Shown here: positions 19,213-29,600 of the stretch, piece after piece | Numbering within the stretch: position 1 is the first letter of the stretch | Layout: each line of letters begins with the position of its first letter | Source: a bacterium | GTDB taxonomy: Bacteria > Electryoneota > JAOADG01 | NCBI GenBank assembly: GCA_963681965.1 | Contig: OY820579.1 | Location: 448,001-512,000 of the forward strand | Direction of reading: 5' to 3' | DNA length: 64,000 bases | Made by a program: the position numbers and the translations under genes | Notes under the pieces: generated by a model | The model's database searches: none | Told to the model about the DNA's origin: nothing | What the model saw: the letters and a program-made list of their open reading frames with translations, nothing else

Positions 19213-21450
19213 CTACATTAGTACCCAGCTAATGAGGAGTACGACACTCAGACCTATCGCAGTGAACTCCATACCGAATAATGGAACGATGAAAATTGCA
19301 CTGATCCAGCACGCGAGTAGGCTTCCAAAGGCATCGGCAGCAAAAATTCTTCCCCCACTTTTATTCGAGCCCAACAACTGATTGCAATATCCAAACAAGC
19401 CTCCGACCGATATTCCAACAATTATTAAACTTGTACAAATGACTCCAAAACTACTTCCAAACTCAAACCACCGATCAATGAGGGTAATGCAAACCGTCAA
19501 CAGAAAAACCGTAAAGAGATTTCTCGAACTGATCCATCGTTTCATCCCGTGATTTTGTGCGACATTTTTATGAAGCAAACTAACGTTTCCAAACCGATGA
19601 AATAAGATCGCTCCAACCGCCATACCAACCATGAATAACACCATTAACCAACCCAAGTCGCGGTATAGCACACCATTCGTCGATTGGTAGCGGTACAACA
19701 AAACGGTTTCGATCGTCATTCCACAAAACCCGACTAGTATCATTAATACGATTGGGCGGAATCTCGACTTGCGAATTCTCATTGCGATAGCAAGTCCAAT
19801 AATGAGTACCGCAATCAGTGAACAATAACCGGAAATAGTATCAATCTCTTTAAAATTCCAACGATCAGACAACAATGTGTTGGGATAAAATTTCGACAAC
19901 CAGATCAACTGAGTATTAAACACAGTTGCAGAGAGTGCATCTCGATTGATTTCTGTCTTCGAAGCTGTGAGTAATTGTTCGACAGTTCCTATTCGGTCGG
20001 TTTGAAACCGGTAGCGGATATATTCGGGAATCACCAGGTGCGGGTGTAACCTTCGGTGTTCGAACCGCGCGATGAGAGATTCGGCATCCCGACTAAGTTC
20101 CGTTTGCGATGCAACGACGATACTGGTTGCATCGGGTAAGAGCACCACCGATTTGAAAGCACTCCTCAATGCCGCGATAATTCCACCAGTTCGCAACGTT
20201 AACGCTTTCGTCCAGTAGTTTTCCGCCGATTGAAAGCGGAAAGCAACAATTCCTCCCGGCGAAAGATGTCGATTGACAAGATCAAAGAATTCTTTCGTGT
20301 AAAATCGATTATTTTGAATCGTCGATGGTTCTGGCATATCGATCAGGATCGCATCGAAGCGACTCGTGTGCTGCAAGTAGTTGCGGAGATCGTCGACGAC
20401 AAACTCTACCGATGGATATGAATTCGAATTCAAGTTGACCAAGTTCTTTTTGCGATGCAATAATTGAAAAGCGGTGTTGTCCAATTCGCAACAAACAACC
20501 TGTATAGGATGGTGTTGCAGGATTTCTTCAATTGCACCATTGATACTGCTCCCCAACAGCAAAACCGATTGCGGATTGGGGTGTTGTAAGAGTGAAAGAT
20601 GAACCAATTCTTCAATCGAATGCCCTTCAGATTCGTAGGCAAGTGCATCATTCTCATAGACGACAATTTGTTGCTCGCGACTGGTAATGATTACTCTTCC
20701 GTACGGGGTGTCTTTTAAACCAATTAAAGTCGGATGATTCCATTTTGTGGATGCCCAATCAATTTTTCCCGACCACGGTATCACCCCTAAACCAACGATC
20801 AACATCAAAATGGATACATATTCGCGGAATGAGTGTTGCCAAGTCTCATTGTTTCTCCGAAAAATCGAACCACAGAATTGAATAATAATTGGTGTAAGGG
20901 CAATGAAAGCAGTGACAATGATTGCGGTAAAATTGGGGATCGACCAAATCAGTATCAGTACGGAAAGAAACGCACCAAATGCCGCACCGAAACACTCTAA
21001 TCCATACGCAAGCGCGACACTACGATTGGATTGTAACAATCGATTTGCACTGATCTGAAAGATCCGACCGGAAAAAAATCCCAGCGGAAATAGTGTAGTC
21101 ATCATCTCGAATAAGAGAAATGGAGGGGATATATAAGCGCCTGCAGTTGCACCAATTACAATGCGGAAACCACGTATAAGAACAGTACTAGTTGGTAATA
21201 CTAAGGAAAACAAAATCCATAAACTATCGACATTTGTTCGATTGCGGTTTATCTTAAGTTCGCCAATCCACGATCCACAAGCGGTTCCCAGTAACCAGAA
21301 GCCAATTCCCAGAATGTAGAGTAATTCAATTCCCAGCGAGGTCGCAATCAATTCACGCAATATCAGTACTTGTCCGAATTGCGAAACGATACCCACAACG
21401 ATGAGGTTTAACGAAGGATGAATTCCTGTTGGATCACGACTCATTGTCAT
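19213..21450 (-). CDS. Membrane-embedded spermidine-synthase-like (aminopropyl/methyltransferase fold) protein
   Basis: N- and C-terminal multi-TM regions flanking TPYG, EELVH, ELD, FDAILID, RFYTKEFF, LSPGG motifs. Confidence 0.75.
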   Translation of the reverse strand: MTMSRDPTGIHPSLNLIVVGIVSQFGQVLILRELIATSLGIELLYILGIGFWLLGTACGSWIGELKINRNRTNVDSLWILFSLVLPTSTVLIRGFRIVIGATAGAYISPPFLLFEMMTTLFPLGFFSGRIFQISANRLLQSNRSVALAYGLECFGAAFGAFLSVLILIWSIPNFTAIIVTAFIALTPIIIQFCGSIFRRNNETWQHSFREYVSILMLIVGLGVIPWSGKIDWASTKWNHPTLIGLKDTPYGRVIITSREQQIVVYENDALAYESEGHSIEELVHLSLLQHPNPQSVLLLGSSINGAIEEILQHHPIQVVCCELDNTAFQLLHRKKNLVNLNSNSYPSVEFVVDDLRNYLQHTSRFDAILIDMPEPSTIQNNRFYTKEFFDLVNRHLSPGGIVAFRFQSAENYWTKALTLRTGGIIAALRSAFKSVVLLPDATSIVVASQTELSRDAESLIARFEHRRLHPHLVIPEYIRYRFQTDRIGTVEQLLTASKTEINRDALSATVFNTQLIWLSKFYPNTLLSDRWNFKEIDTISGYCSLIAVLIIGLAIAMRIRKSRFRPIVLMILVGFCGMTIETVLLYRYQSTNGVLYRDLGWLMVLFMVGMAVGAILFHRFGNVSLLHKNVAQNHGMKRWISSRNLFTVFLLTVCITLIDRWFEFGSSFGVICTSLIIVGISVGGLFGYCNQLLGSNKSGGRIFAADAFGSLLACWISAIFIVPLFGMEFTAIGLSVVLLISWVLM

Positions 21451-21459
21451 TGACTTTTA

Positions 21460-22992
21460 CTACTTCAATTCGTGCTCGGAAAATACGACTGCTTGGAAGG
21501 TTAAAAATTCCGCCTTCGATTTCCAGGCATCACGTGGTAACCCGGCTTTTAAACAGAGATTATCCAGCAACTCAGTTCGAGACCAATTTTGCTCGGTAGC
21601 GACTTGAGGAAGAAATACCGCCGATCGACCATCTTTTCGAATTACGACACCATCGCGACCTATGACAATGGCATCGGTACTAGCGATCGGTTTGATCGGG
21701 GTTAATACCGATATTTCCACCTCAATTGACGATAGCTCATCGCTGGTTACCGGATCGAACCGGCGATCTTCGAATGCGGCTGCCAACGCCATTTGACCAA
21801 CTGTATTCATTAATGGTTGATCTTCGGACATGTGACCGATACAACCACACAGTTCACCTTTTTTCTTCAGTGTTACAAAAGCACCTTCGTTTATATTTAA
21901 AGCTGCGGAGGAGGATCGATTCAATGGTGTCGTCGAACTTGATAGATACCACTCAATCGATTTTCGGGCATGATTAAGCAACCATCGTTTCTCTACCTCT
22001 GTTAATTGCGTATTGGATGAAGCAGTCAACTGATCATCATGACATTTAAACCAAGATGTATCTATTTTAGAGCCTTGACCCAACACGATTGCACCATACC
22101 CAACCACTCGATTTCGATCGCCGACCGAACAGTCACCGGAATTGGCATACGAAATCACACGACTACCCGGTATTCCGACTGACAGAGCAGCATACATCGC
22201 AGTTAAAATCGGTGCTTCGCCGCAAGCGCAAGTCTCGAGATTATGAAAGCGATCAAGTTCGGATTGCGTACATGCCGTTTTCAATCGGCCTGGATTTATT
22301 GTTGCAATTGCTTTCACGGTTTCGCGATCGACCGAATTCGCCGTTTCGTAATCCGGATAATGAGATAGATCGGAACTTGCGACAATGAGTAAGTCGTATT
22401 GTTTGGACAAATTTGCAAGCGCTTGTCCAAGATGCTCGCACATTCGGGAATCCGGTTCTCCCACAACAATCGGAAGGATTTTGGCGGTAGGGAATAGCGT
22501 TTGCACAAAGGGGAGTTGTACTTCGATCGAGTGTTCACGCTCGTGAACCATCGTCTCGGAGCTGAAAGATTGATCCGAAGACAATAGTCGATTCGCGGCA
22601 GTTTCATCGATTCGGACTTTCCCTAACGGAGTTTCGAAGGTTCCTCGGGGAAAGATCGAAACGCCCGAAAAACCCGCGATCGTATGATTGGTACCGAGTA
22701 ATACTATTAGATTGTATTTGTAGTTTTTCGTTTGAGCGAAGGCATCGGCGGCGATTTGCCCACTAAAAATGAATCCGGCATGAGGGACGACAATCGCGAA
22801 CGGTTTTTGTGAATTGATCGGTTCGGCATTTTCGAGGTAGCGGTTGACTGCGAGTTTTAGTGCAACGGGATCGTCAGGATAGAATTTTCCCGCTACGGCG
22901 GGTCGTCGATTGATATCCTCTTTTCCTGCCGCATGACAACCCGTTAACAGGATCGACAGAAGCAGCAGTATGATTACTCGATTGGTCCGCAT
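21460..22992 (-). CDS. amrB: AmmeMemoRadiSam protein B (MEMO1) fused to protein A (AMMECR1), with lipoprotein signal
   Basis: RRPAVAGKFYP, PHAG, EHSIEVQLPF, SSDLSHY, then GAFVTL...LCGCIG, EVEISVL, AVFLPQV, LCLKAG; lipobox LLTGC. Confidence 0.9.
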   Translation of the reverse strand: MRTNRVIILLLLSILLTGCHAAGKEDINRRPAVAGKFYPDDPVALKLAVNRYLENAEPINSQKPFAIVVPHAGFIFSGQIAADAFAQTKNYKYNLIVLLGTNHTIAGFSGVSIFPRGTFETPLGKVRIDETAANRLLSSDQSFSSETMVHEREHSIEVQLPFVQTLFPTAKILPIVVGEPDSRMCEHLGQALANLSKQYDLLIVASSDLSHYPDYETANSVDRETVKAIATINPGRLKTACTQSELDRFHNLETCACGEAPILTAMYAALSVGIPGSRVISYANSGDCSVGDRNRVVGYGAIVLGQGSKIDTSWFKCHDDQLTASSNTQLTEVEKRWLLNHARKSIEWYLSSSTTPLNRSSSAALNINEGAFVTLKKKGELCGCIGHMSEDQPLMNTVGQMALAAAFEDRRFDPVTSDELSSIEVEISVLTPIKPIASTDAIVIGRDGVVIRKDGRSAVFLPQVATEQNWSRTELLDNLCLKAGLPRDAWKSKAEFLTFQAVVFSEHELK

Positions 22993-23017
22993 GGCAAATT
23001 TCCCTGAATAGAAAGTA

Positions 23018-24274
23018 TTAACTCCAAATTCCAGCAATCGGTTCACGACAATACTCACACTTCCCATCCTTCATCTGCATCGATTGTACAAAGAACCCTT
23101 CCCGACTAATCACCTTTTTATGGCAACTGGGACAATATGTGTGATTCCCTTCGCTACCGGGTACGTTTCCAACATAGACATAGTGCAATCCGCTATTCAT
23201 TGCTTTTTCGCGTGCACGTTCCAGTGTCGCAACCGGTGTCGGAGGAAGATTGAGTAATTGATAGTCAGGATGAAAGCGGGTGAAATGCAGTGGAACATCG
23301 ACACCAATTTCGCCGACGAGCCAGTCGATTAAATTGGTAAGCATCGCATCGGAATCATTTAACGTCGGTACAACTAAATTTACGATTTCGAGATGTGTCC
23401 GCGATTTTGCGATCTGTTTGATCGATTTCAAAACCGGTGCCAATTCTGCCGAACAGACAGTTCGATAAAAGTCGGGACTGAACCCTTTTAAATCGATTTT
23501 AATTGCATCCAATACCGAGCACAATTCCGTTAACGGTTCGGGATTCATAAATCCGCAACTGATCATTACCGTCCGCAGTTGCTGATTTCGGGCTGCCCGC
23601 GCGATGTCGGTCAGATATTCGATAAAGACCGTTGGTTCATTGTAAGTAAAAGCGATTATGGGAGTGTTATTTTCATTCGCACTCGATACAATCGTATTGG
23701 GAACCGTATAGTTGGCACTGTACTCTTCGGGGGATATTTGCGAGATTTCCCAATTTTGACAAAACTTACACTGCAACGGACATCCGGAAGTTGCCAGTGA
23801 ATACGCCAACGATCCTGGCAAAAAATGATAAAATGGTTTCTTTTCGATCGGATCGGTGTGAATCGCAATCGGACGTCCATACACTAATGATCGCAGCTCC
23901 CCATTTCGGTTGATTCGGGTTCGGCAGCGACCGCGCTCTCCCTCATTAATTCTACAGTTTTGGGCACAGAGCAGGCATTTTATCTGATTCTTTCGATGGT
24001 GGTGCTGGGCTTCTTGCAAATCCTCCTCAGCACCATGACAATCGAGACAGTGCCCTGTTGCGGAATTCGCGCCGATCCAATACCGTGCAAGTGGTGCTGC
24101 TTGCGCAAGAAGATCCAAGCGGTTGGCAGCAAATGCTTGATCCGCTTTGGTTAAGAGTGATGTAAGCCAACCAAACTGCGACAACAATAAGTAAGTGCTC
24201 GCTGCAGAAATCCCCGTCTTTCCGGTTTGTTTTAAAAATTCCCGTCGAGGTAGCAGATCATTAGAAGGTGTCAT
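23018..24274 (-). CDS. amrS: AmmeMemoRadiSam radical SAM enzyme with Tat signal peptide
   Basis: DPIEKKPFYHF, CPLQCKFCQNWEISQ, TYNEP, RFHPDY, YVYVGNVPG...CPSC; N-terminal RREFLK. Confidence 0.9.
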   Translation of the reverse strand: MTPSNDLLPRREFLKQTGKTGISAASTYLLLSQFGWLTSLLTKADQAFAANRLDLLAQAAPLARYWIGANSATGHCLDCHGAEEDLQEAQHHHRKNQIKCLLCAQNCRINEGERGRCRTRINRNGELRSLVYGRPIAIHTDPIEKKPFYHFLPGSLAYSLATSGCPLQCKFCQNWEISQISPEEYSANYTVPNTIVSSANENNTPIIAFTYNEPTVFIEYLTDIARAARNQQLRTVMISCGFMNPEPLTELCSVLDAIKIDLKGFSPDFYRTVCSAELAPVLKSIKQIAKSRTHLEIVNLVVPTLNDSDAMLTNLIDWLVGEIGVDVPLHFTRFHPDYQLLNLPPTPVATLERAREKAMNSGLHYVYVGNVPGSEGNHTYCPSCHKKVISREGFFVQSMQMKDGKCEYCREPIAGIWS

Positions 24275-24588
24275 TTCGAATCACCTTCCCCACAATCGTG
24301 ATTTTCAAAAAGCTCGACGATTGTCGCACCCCAACTCGATCCGTCGGGTGCGAGATAAAATTCACGAATCTGGGGTAGTTTCCGTAAAATTGCGTGAACG
24401 CGTTCTCGCAGTGCACCCGTTCCTTTACCGTGAATGATTCGAACGGTTAATATGTCGCGCGATTGACATTGAAGAAGATATTCGGGGATAAGAAGCTTGA
24501 CATCTTGTGGGTGGAAGGTGTGTAAATCGAGGACACCGTCGATCGGTACCTCGAAAATCGCATCGGACTGTTCTTCGTCACTGGTCAT
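24271..24588 (-). CDS. Stand-alone Smr (MutS2 C-terminal) domain endonuclease
   Basis: LDLH, VRIIHGKGTGAL, SWGATIV; stop overlaps the amrS start (ATGA). Confidence 0.85.
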   Translation of the reverse strand: MTSDEEQSDAIFEVPIDGVLDLHTFHPQDVKLLIPEYLLQCQSRDILTVRIIHGKGTGALRERVHAILRKLPQIREFYLAPDGSSWGATIVELFENHDCGEGDSK

Positions 24589-25404
24589 AGAGTCAAGTTA
24601 CGAACGGAATTTAAAACGTGCATCTCTAATTAGAAGATTGCACAATTCAATCCAAATCGAATTGGTAATTTCTTAGGCGAATTTTTTGAGTAAGAATGAT
24701 AATTCCGATCAATGGGGTCGGGTAAATGAAAAGTAAAGAAGAGGTTTAACAAAATGAGCGATGTTGGGTGTTAATTGTTATTTTTTGGCGATACTTGTTC
24801 CTGTGAATTGTTGTTTGTAAATACGAATTCAAACAACGAGGTTTCAATTAAGGGAAAGTTCAATGAAGGTACAACGGCAATCGTCATTGAAAATTGTGGT
24901 GAACTGTTTTCGACACAAAATGTAAAGCGTGTACCCAATGCGTCATGTTTGCGGTGCATTAAGTAATCCTCCAGAAACTGCACTACGGTAATGAAGACTG
25001 AAGAAAAAAAGTTGTACTGTAGAAAAGCTTCAGCGACAATCGTACTAATTTATTAGTCAATCTACTTGATACAAAATAATACATTTGTTGGTGGATTTCC
25101 ACAACTATTAACGACAAAATAAATGTATCCGATAACTGTATTTAATATTTAACCGATCATTAATTATAATTCCAATAATATTATATTCTTACTAATATTT
25201 GCTGTAATAATTTACATGCATATTGTTTTACATATAAACATATAAATAACGTTTTTGTCGGTTTATTATTAACCGATCCCTACTCGGTGAGATCAAACAA
25301 ACTCATTATAACATGTTAATATTACTTAATATAACTGGATTAATAAAAAAAATGGGGATCTGGTTCGAATGCGTCGTTTTGGTGCATATTTGTCTGTCGC
25401 TAAC

Positions 25405-25430
25405 AAGAAACCCCCAAAGAATGGGGGTTT
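25405..25430 (-). terminator. Terminator of the AraC gene
   Basis: AAACCCCCA-AAGAA-TGGGGGTTT. Confidence 0.6.
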
Positions 25431-25448
25431 AGAGAAGCTTATGATTAG

Positions 25449-26333
25449 TTATCGTTGAACCGGGATATAGATATCGATCTCGGTTTCGTCGTTGTCAACC
25501 CCTTTGAAGCGCTCATCGTAATATTCAAAATCGATTTTACCGATCGTCTTCAATTCCGATTTCGGAAACCATGTTCCATAAATATAATCGTACGATTTCA
25601 TCAATCGATCGGGGAAAAAACGTCCTTTGTGGGTGAATACTGCATATTCCTGTGCCGGAACTTGCCGATGAACCATCCCTTGGGGAATTTTGTCGACTTT
25701 AGACACCGGTACCGACACCACCGCAGTAAATGGTGAGTCGTCATCGGCAGTTTTCGGATCGAATGGTTCATTCATCATACACAATCCATAACAGATTTTT
25801 TTTCCGATTTTGTGTTGTACTTCGTGTGCTCGGGGTAGAAACTGCTCCCACAAATCTGGGATAATATTATTGTTCTTCGTTGAGACCCCTTCGATTCCGA
25901 CCACATCGAACGCGTCTTTTTTCACGAATCGCGGTTCGTGACTGATACCGTCAAATAAGTGCATAATCATTTCTCCAGTTAGTTGTTTTTTATCGAATAT
26001 TGGCATCACTTGTCGATTTTTTCGGTATTGACTCGGTGTCATACCGTAAACCGACTTAAATGCGCGGGTAAATGCCTCATGGGATTCAAAGCCAAAATCG
26101 AGTGCAATCCCAAGAATTTGTTGTTTTGTGGTTAGCAGAATATTTGCTGCCTCGGTCAATCTTCGACGACGGAGATAATCACCAGGGGTCGTACCGACAA
26201 TTGCGTAAAAGATGCGGTAAAAATGATAAAGGGATACTCCAGCGGTTCCAACGGCTGTAGTTAAGACATTCCGATCTAAAAGATGTTGTTCGCAATAATC
26301 AACTACGAGTTGGATCCGCTCGACACCAGTCAT
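25449..26333 (-). CDS. AraC-family regulator with C-terminal GyrI-like effector domain (Rob-like)
   Basis: HFYRIF, YLRRRRL, FESHEAFTRAFKxxYGMTP; YAVFTHKG, FEYYDE, IDIYIPV. Confidence 0.9.
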   Translation of the reverse strand: MTGVERIQLVVDYCEQHLLDRNVLTTAVGTAGVSLYHFYRIFYAIVGTTPGDYLRRRRLTEAANILLTTKQQILGIALDFGFESHEAFTRAFKSVYGMTPSQYRKNRQVMPIFDKKQLTGEMIMHLFDGISHEPRFVKKDAFDVVGIEGVSTKNNNIIPDLWEQFLPRAHEVQHKIGKKICYGLCMMNEPFDPKTADDDSPFTAVVSVPVSKVDKIPQGMVHRQVPAQEYAVFTHKGRFFPDRLMKSYDYIYGTWFPKSELKTIGKIDFEYYDERFKGVDNDETEIDIYIPVQR

Positions 26334-26634
26334 CGTTCATCCTTTGTTTTCATAAAGTACACAACTTTTGAGGTAGAAATCTTGACTTTTTTTGCGCTCA
26401 CCGATAGTGCAGTAAATCCTTTCGAAATCATTTCATCATTCGGTTTTTCAAATACTTCTCTGAAGTTATCGGATCTAGCAGTTCGGTCGCAAATCATTGC
26501 TAACGTTTCAATTTTACTGCATATTATTTTCAACGAACATATCTTCTGATAGTTACAAAGCCATTTTTAAATCGGATGTCAATCGTTACCCAATTCGGAT
26601 CGGTGGTAAGATCTGTTTCTTACCGGGAGGCACA

Positions 26635-29600
26635 ATGATCAACTCACGTGTCAGGTTGCGCTACTGCTTCCTTACAATCATACTAATCGCGAGCTACCAC
26701 ATTGCGATTGCCCAATCGATCATTTCTAATGTACTGGTTTCCCCTCCCGAAAATACCCCGCAAGCGATCGATAACTGGGGTGCTCCCGATAACGATGGAT
26801 ACATGTGGCGCGACAACTTTGAACCGAATGGTCCAACCTATCGGTGGTTCGACATTTCACTCACTGGTACTGACGCTGGAATTTACGGTACCGATCGGCG
26901 TTCGCGCCGGTTTCCGCTGGGAATTACGTTTTCGATTTACGATTCGCTCGTCGATATGTTCAATATCTCGACTGACGGTGAACTCAAATTATATCGCGGT
27001 TTGATTGTAAGATATTCATTGCTTCCCTTTTTTACCCACATGTCCATCGATTCTGCACGAGGCGACTGGATTAAGTATCAGAATTTAGGAACCGACACAT
27101 TGGTTGTCAGTTGGCGAGCACACATTTTGCCGGGAACCAATCGGCTGATCGAATTTCAAGCGCTTCTGGTAACACATAGTTCAATTTTATTCCAATACCG
27201 AACAGTTCCGCAGCCAGCGCTGGCGCGTATCGGATTGAAAAACAGTCTCAACACGCAACTGATGTTGATGAGCGATTCACTTTCATCGTACGCGCTCCCG
27301 GAATTAGCAATCGCAATTAGTCAAACTTCTCACCCGGTATCACCGGTCAATAATTCGTTTATCGCTCCTTCCCAACCGGTCACACTGCAATGGTCTCGGG
27401 ATATTTTCAGCGATTATGTCGATCTCTACCTTTCCGACAATCGCGATAGCATAAGTAATTTGGCGGCTTCAGCCCGAATCGGTTCGAATTTGACGACATC
27501 GAGTTATGTGCTACTAAACAACTTGAACCAGTGGACCAATTATTACTGGACAGTGGTGGGAGTAAATTCAACGACTCATGAACGGATCCCCGGACCATTG
27601 TTCACATTTTTGATCACCGGTTTACCGATGTCGGGGAATTACACAATCGGCGGATTGTACTCGAATTTTGCCTCGATCCATGATGCGATTCGCGTATTGA
27701 ACATTGTCGGAACCACTAGCGACGTTACCTTTCTAATCCAAGGTGGAACCTATTCCGAACCGAGCGATACAATTCTCGCAAGTGCCGGAAGTGGTGCTTC
27801 GCATCGAATCTGCTTCCGACCTGCCAGCAGTTCAGCCGTTCGGATAAATTTTCTTGGAACAGCTGATACGCCCGGTTTAACGCTATTGAATGCCCCGTAC
27901 ATCACATTTGATGGGCGACCGAATAATTCGACCGATTCATCTTTCCTGACCATCACGACACCTGCGAGCCGGGCGATTCTGGTTGCGGAAGCGAGTCACT
28001 ATTGTTCATTCCGCTATCTAACTATATCGATCACCGATTCGGTTCACTCCTCGCATGGCGTGATTGGCGTATCCTTCGATGTGACAGCACCGCAGAATGA
28101 TTCGATCATCCACTGTCAAATATCGGGAGGAGCCAACGGAATTTACTTGTTCGGTGGATCGAGTGCGGCACTGAATGGTTGGTGGATCGAGCAAAACGAG
28201 ATCGTCAACAGCTATAACAAAGGGATTGTTTTAAGTCATAATGTGAATCGTACGACGGTCGTACGCAACTATCTGCATTGGTCGGATCGACATAACGCCA
28301 TTACGGGAATCGAAGTATTGTCGCCTTCGGTAAACGATTCCCTGATTGGAAATAAAGTAATTTGTCCGATCACGTCTGGAGCTGCAACCGGTATCCATTT
28401 TCAAAGTACTACCAGCGGCACGATTGCAAACAATATGATCAGTTTAACTTCGCAATCCGGTAATAGTGTTGCAGGTATTCTGGTGCAGGGTTCCGGAATT
28501 CGAATCTTGCACAATTCGGTCTATGTTTCTTCTGCAGTCAATCCTACAGCGTTCTCGTATGCATTTGGTACGGAAGACATTTTTCCCGGATCGAATTCGA
28601 TTTCTGCGTTCAATAATTTTTTCATATTGATCGATCGTCAGCAGTCGAGTTGCCTGCAACTGGACAATCTGGATAGTAATTCGCAGATCGATTACAACCT
28701 GTATTCGGTAGGGTACAACGGAACGGAAGACACGCAGTATCTTGCCCGTGTCGATGGTACACTGTATAACGATCTGAGTGAGTTGCAATCGTTAATCAAC
28801 GATCAATGGAATATGCATTCCTGGGAAAACTACCCCCCGTTTTTGTCTGCTACCGATCTTCATTTTCCTTCACAAGTATCGACGATAATTGAAAGTCGCG
28901 GAACCCCGACATCGATTCGCTCCGATATCGATGGTCGGCTTCGTAATAGTATGACTCCCGATATCGGATGTGTAGAAGGGGATTTTACCTTTACTACAGA
29001 TTTCACCCCTCCACTCATTCAACACGAGACGTTAACCAATACTTCGTTACGAACACCACGAGTCTGCGTTGCGACAATTACCGATTCGCAACTAGCAACG
29101 GGACCCTTGGCTCCGCGAATCTATTTCAAATCAAAAACTGCGACCACATGGACTAGTGCATCTGCCGATTCGATTCGGAATAACCGATTTTACTTTACCA
29201 TTTCCGGCTATATGACCGGAACAATCGTACAATATTATTTTCTCGCTTGCGATAACAGCAACAATGTGGCGACACTTCCCCTTGGCGGATTCGGTGCAGC
29301 TCCCTACGGTCAGTATCGTCCTCCCACCTTTTTCGAATACACTGTCGAGTTTGGTGCCAGTGCGACTGTCGGTTCCAGTAATGCCGATTTCAGAACGCTC
29401 ACAGAAATTGTAAGAATATTGAATCAAATTGGAATTTCAAGAGACGTTACCGTGTATATCCAAGGCGGCTACTATTATGACTCCACGTTAACTTTTACCA
29501 GATCCATTCACTCCGGCTCCAATGCGCATTTAACTTTTCGACCTGCAGCTGCTCAGGCGGTTGTGGTAATTTCTCGATCGGGACCGAATATTGTATTAAA

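Noticed and set aside
24990-25350. AT-rich tract as a replication origin
   Set aside because: No clustered TTATCCACA DnaA boxes and no dnaA/dnaN/gidA context
25355-25380. GGTTCGAAT as a tRNA T-loop
   Set aside because: No cloverleaf, acceptor stem or D-arm around it
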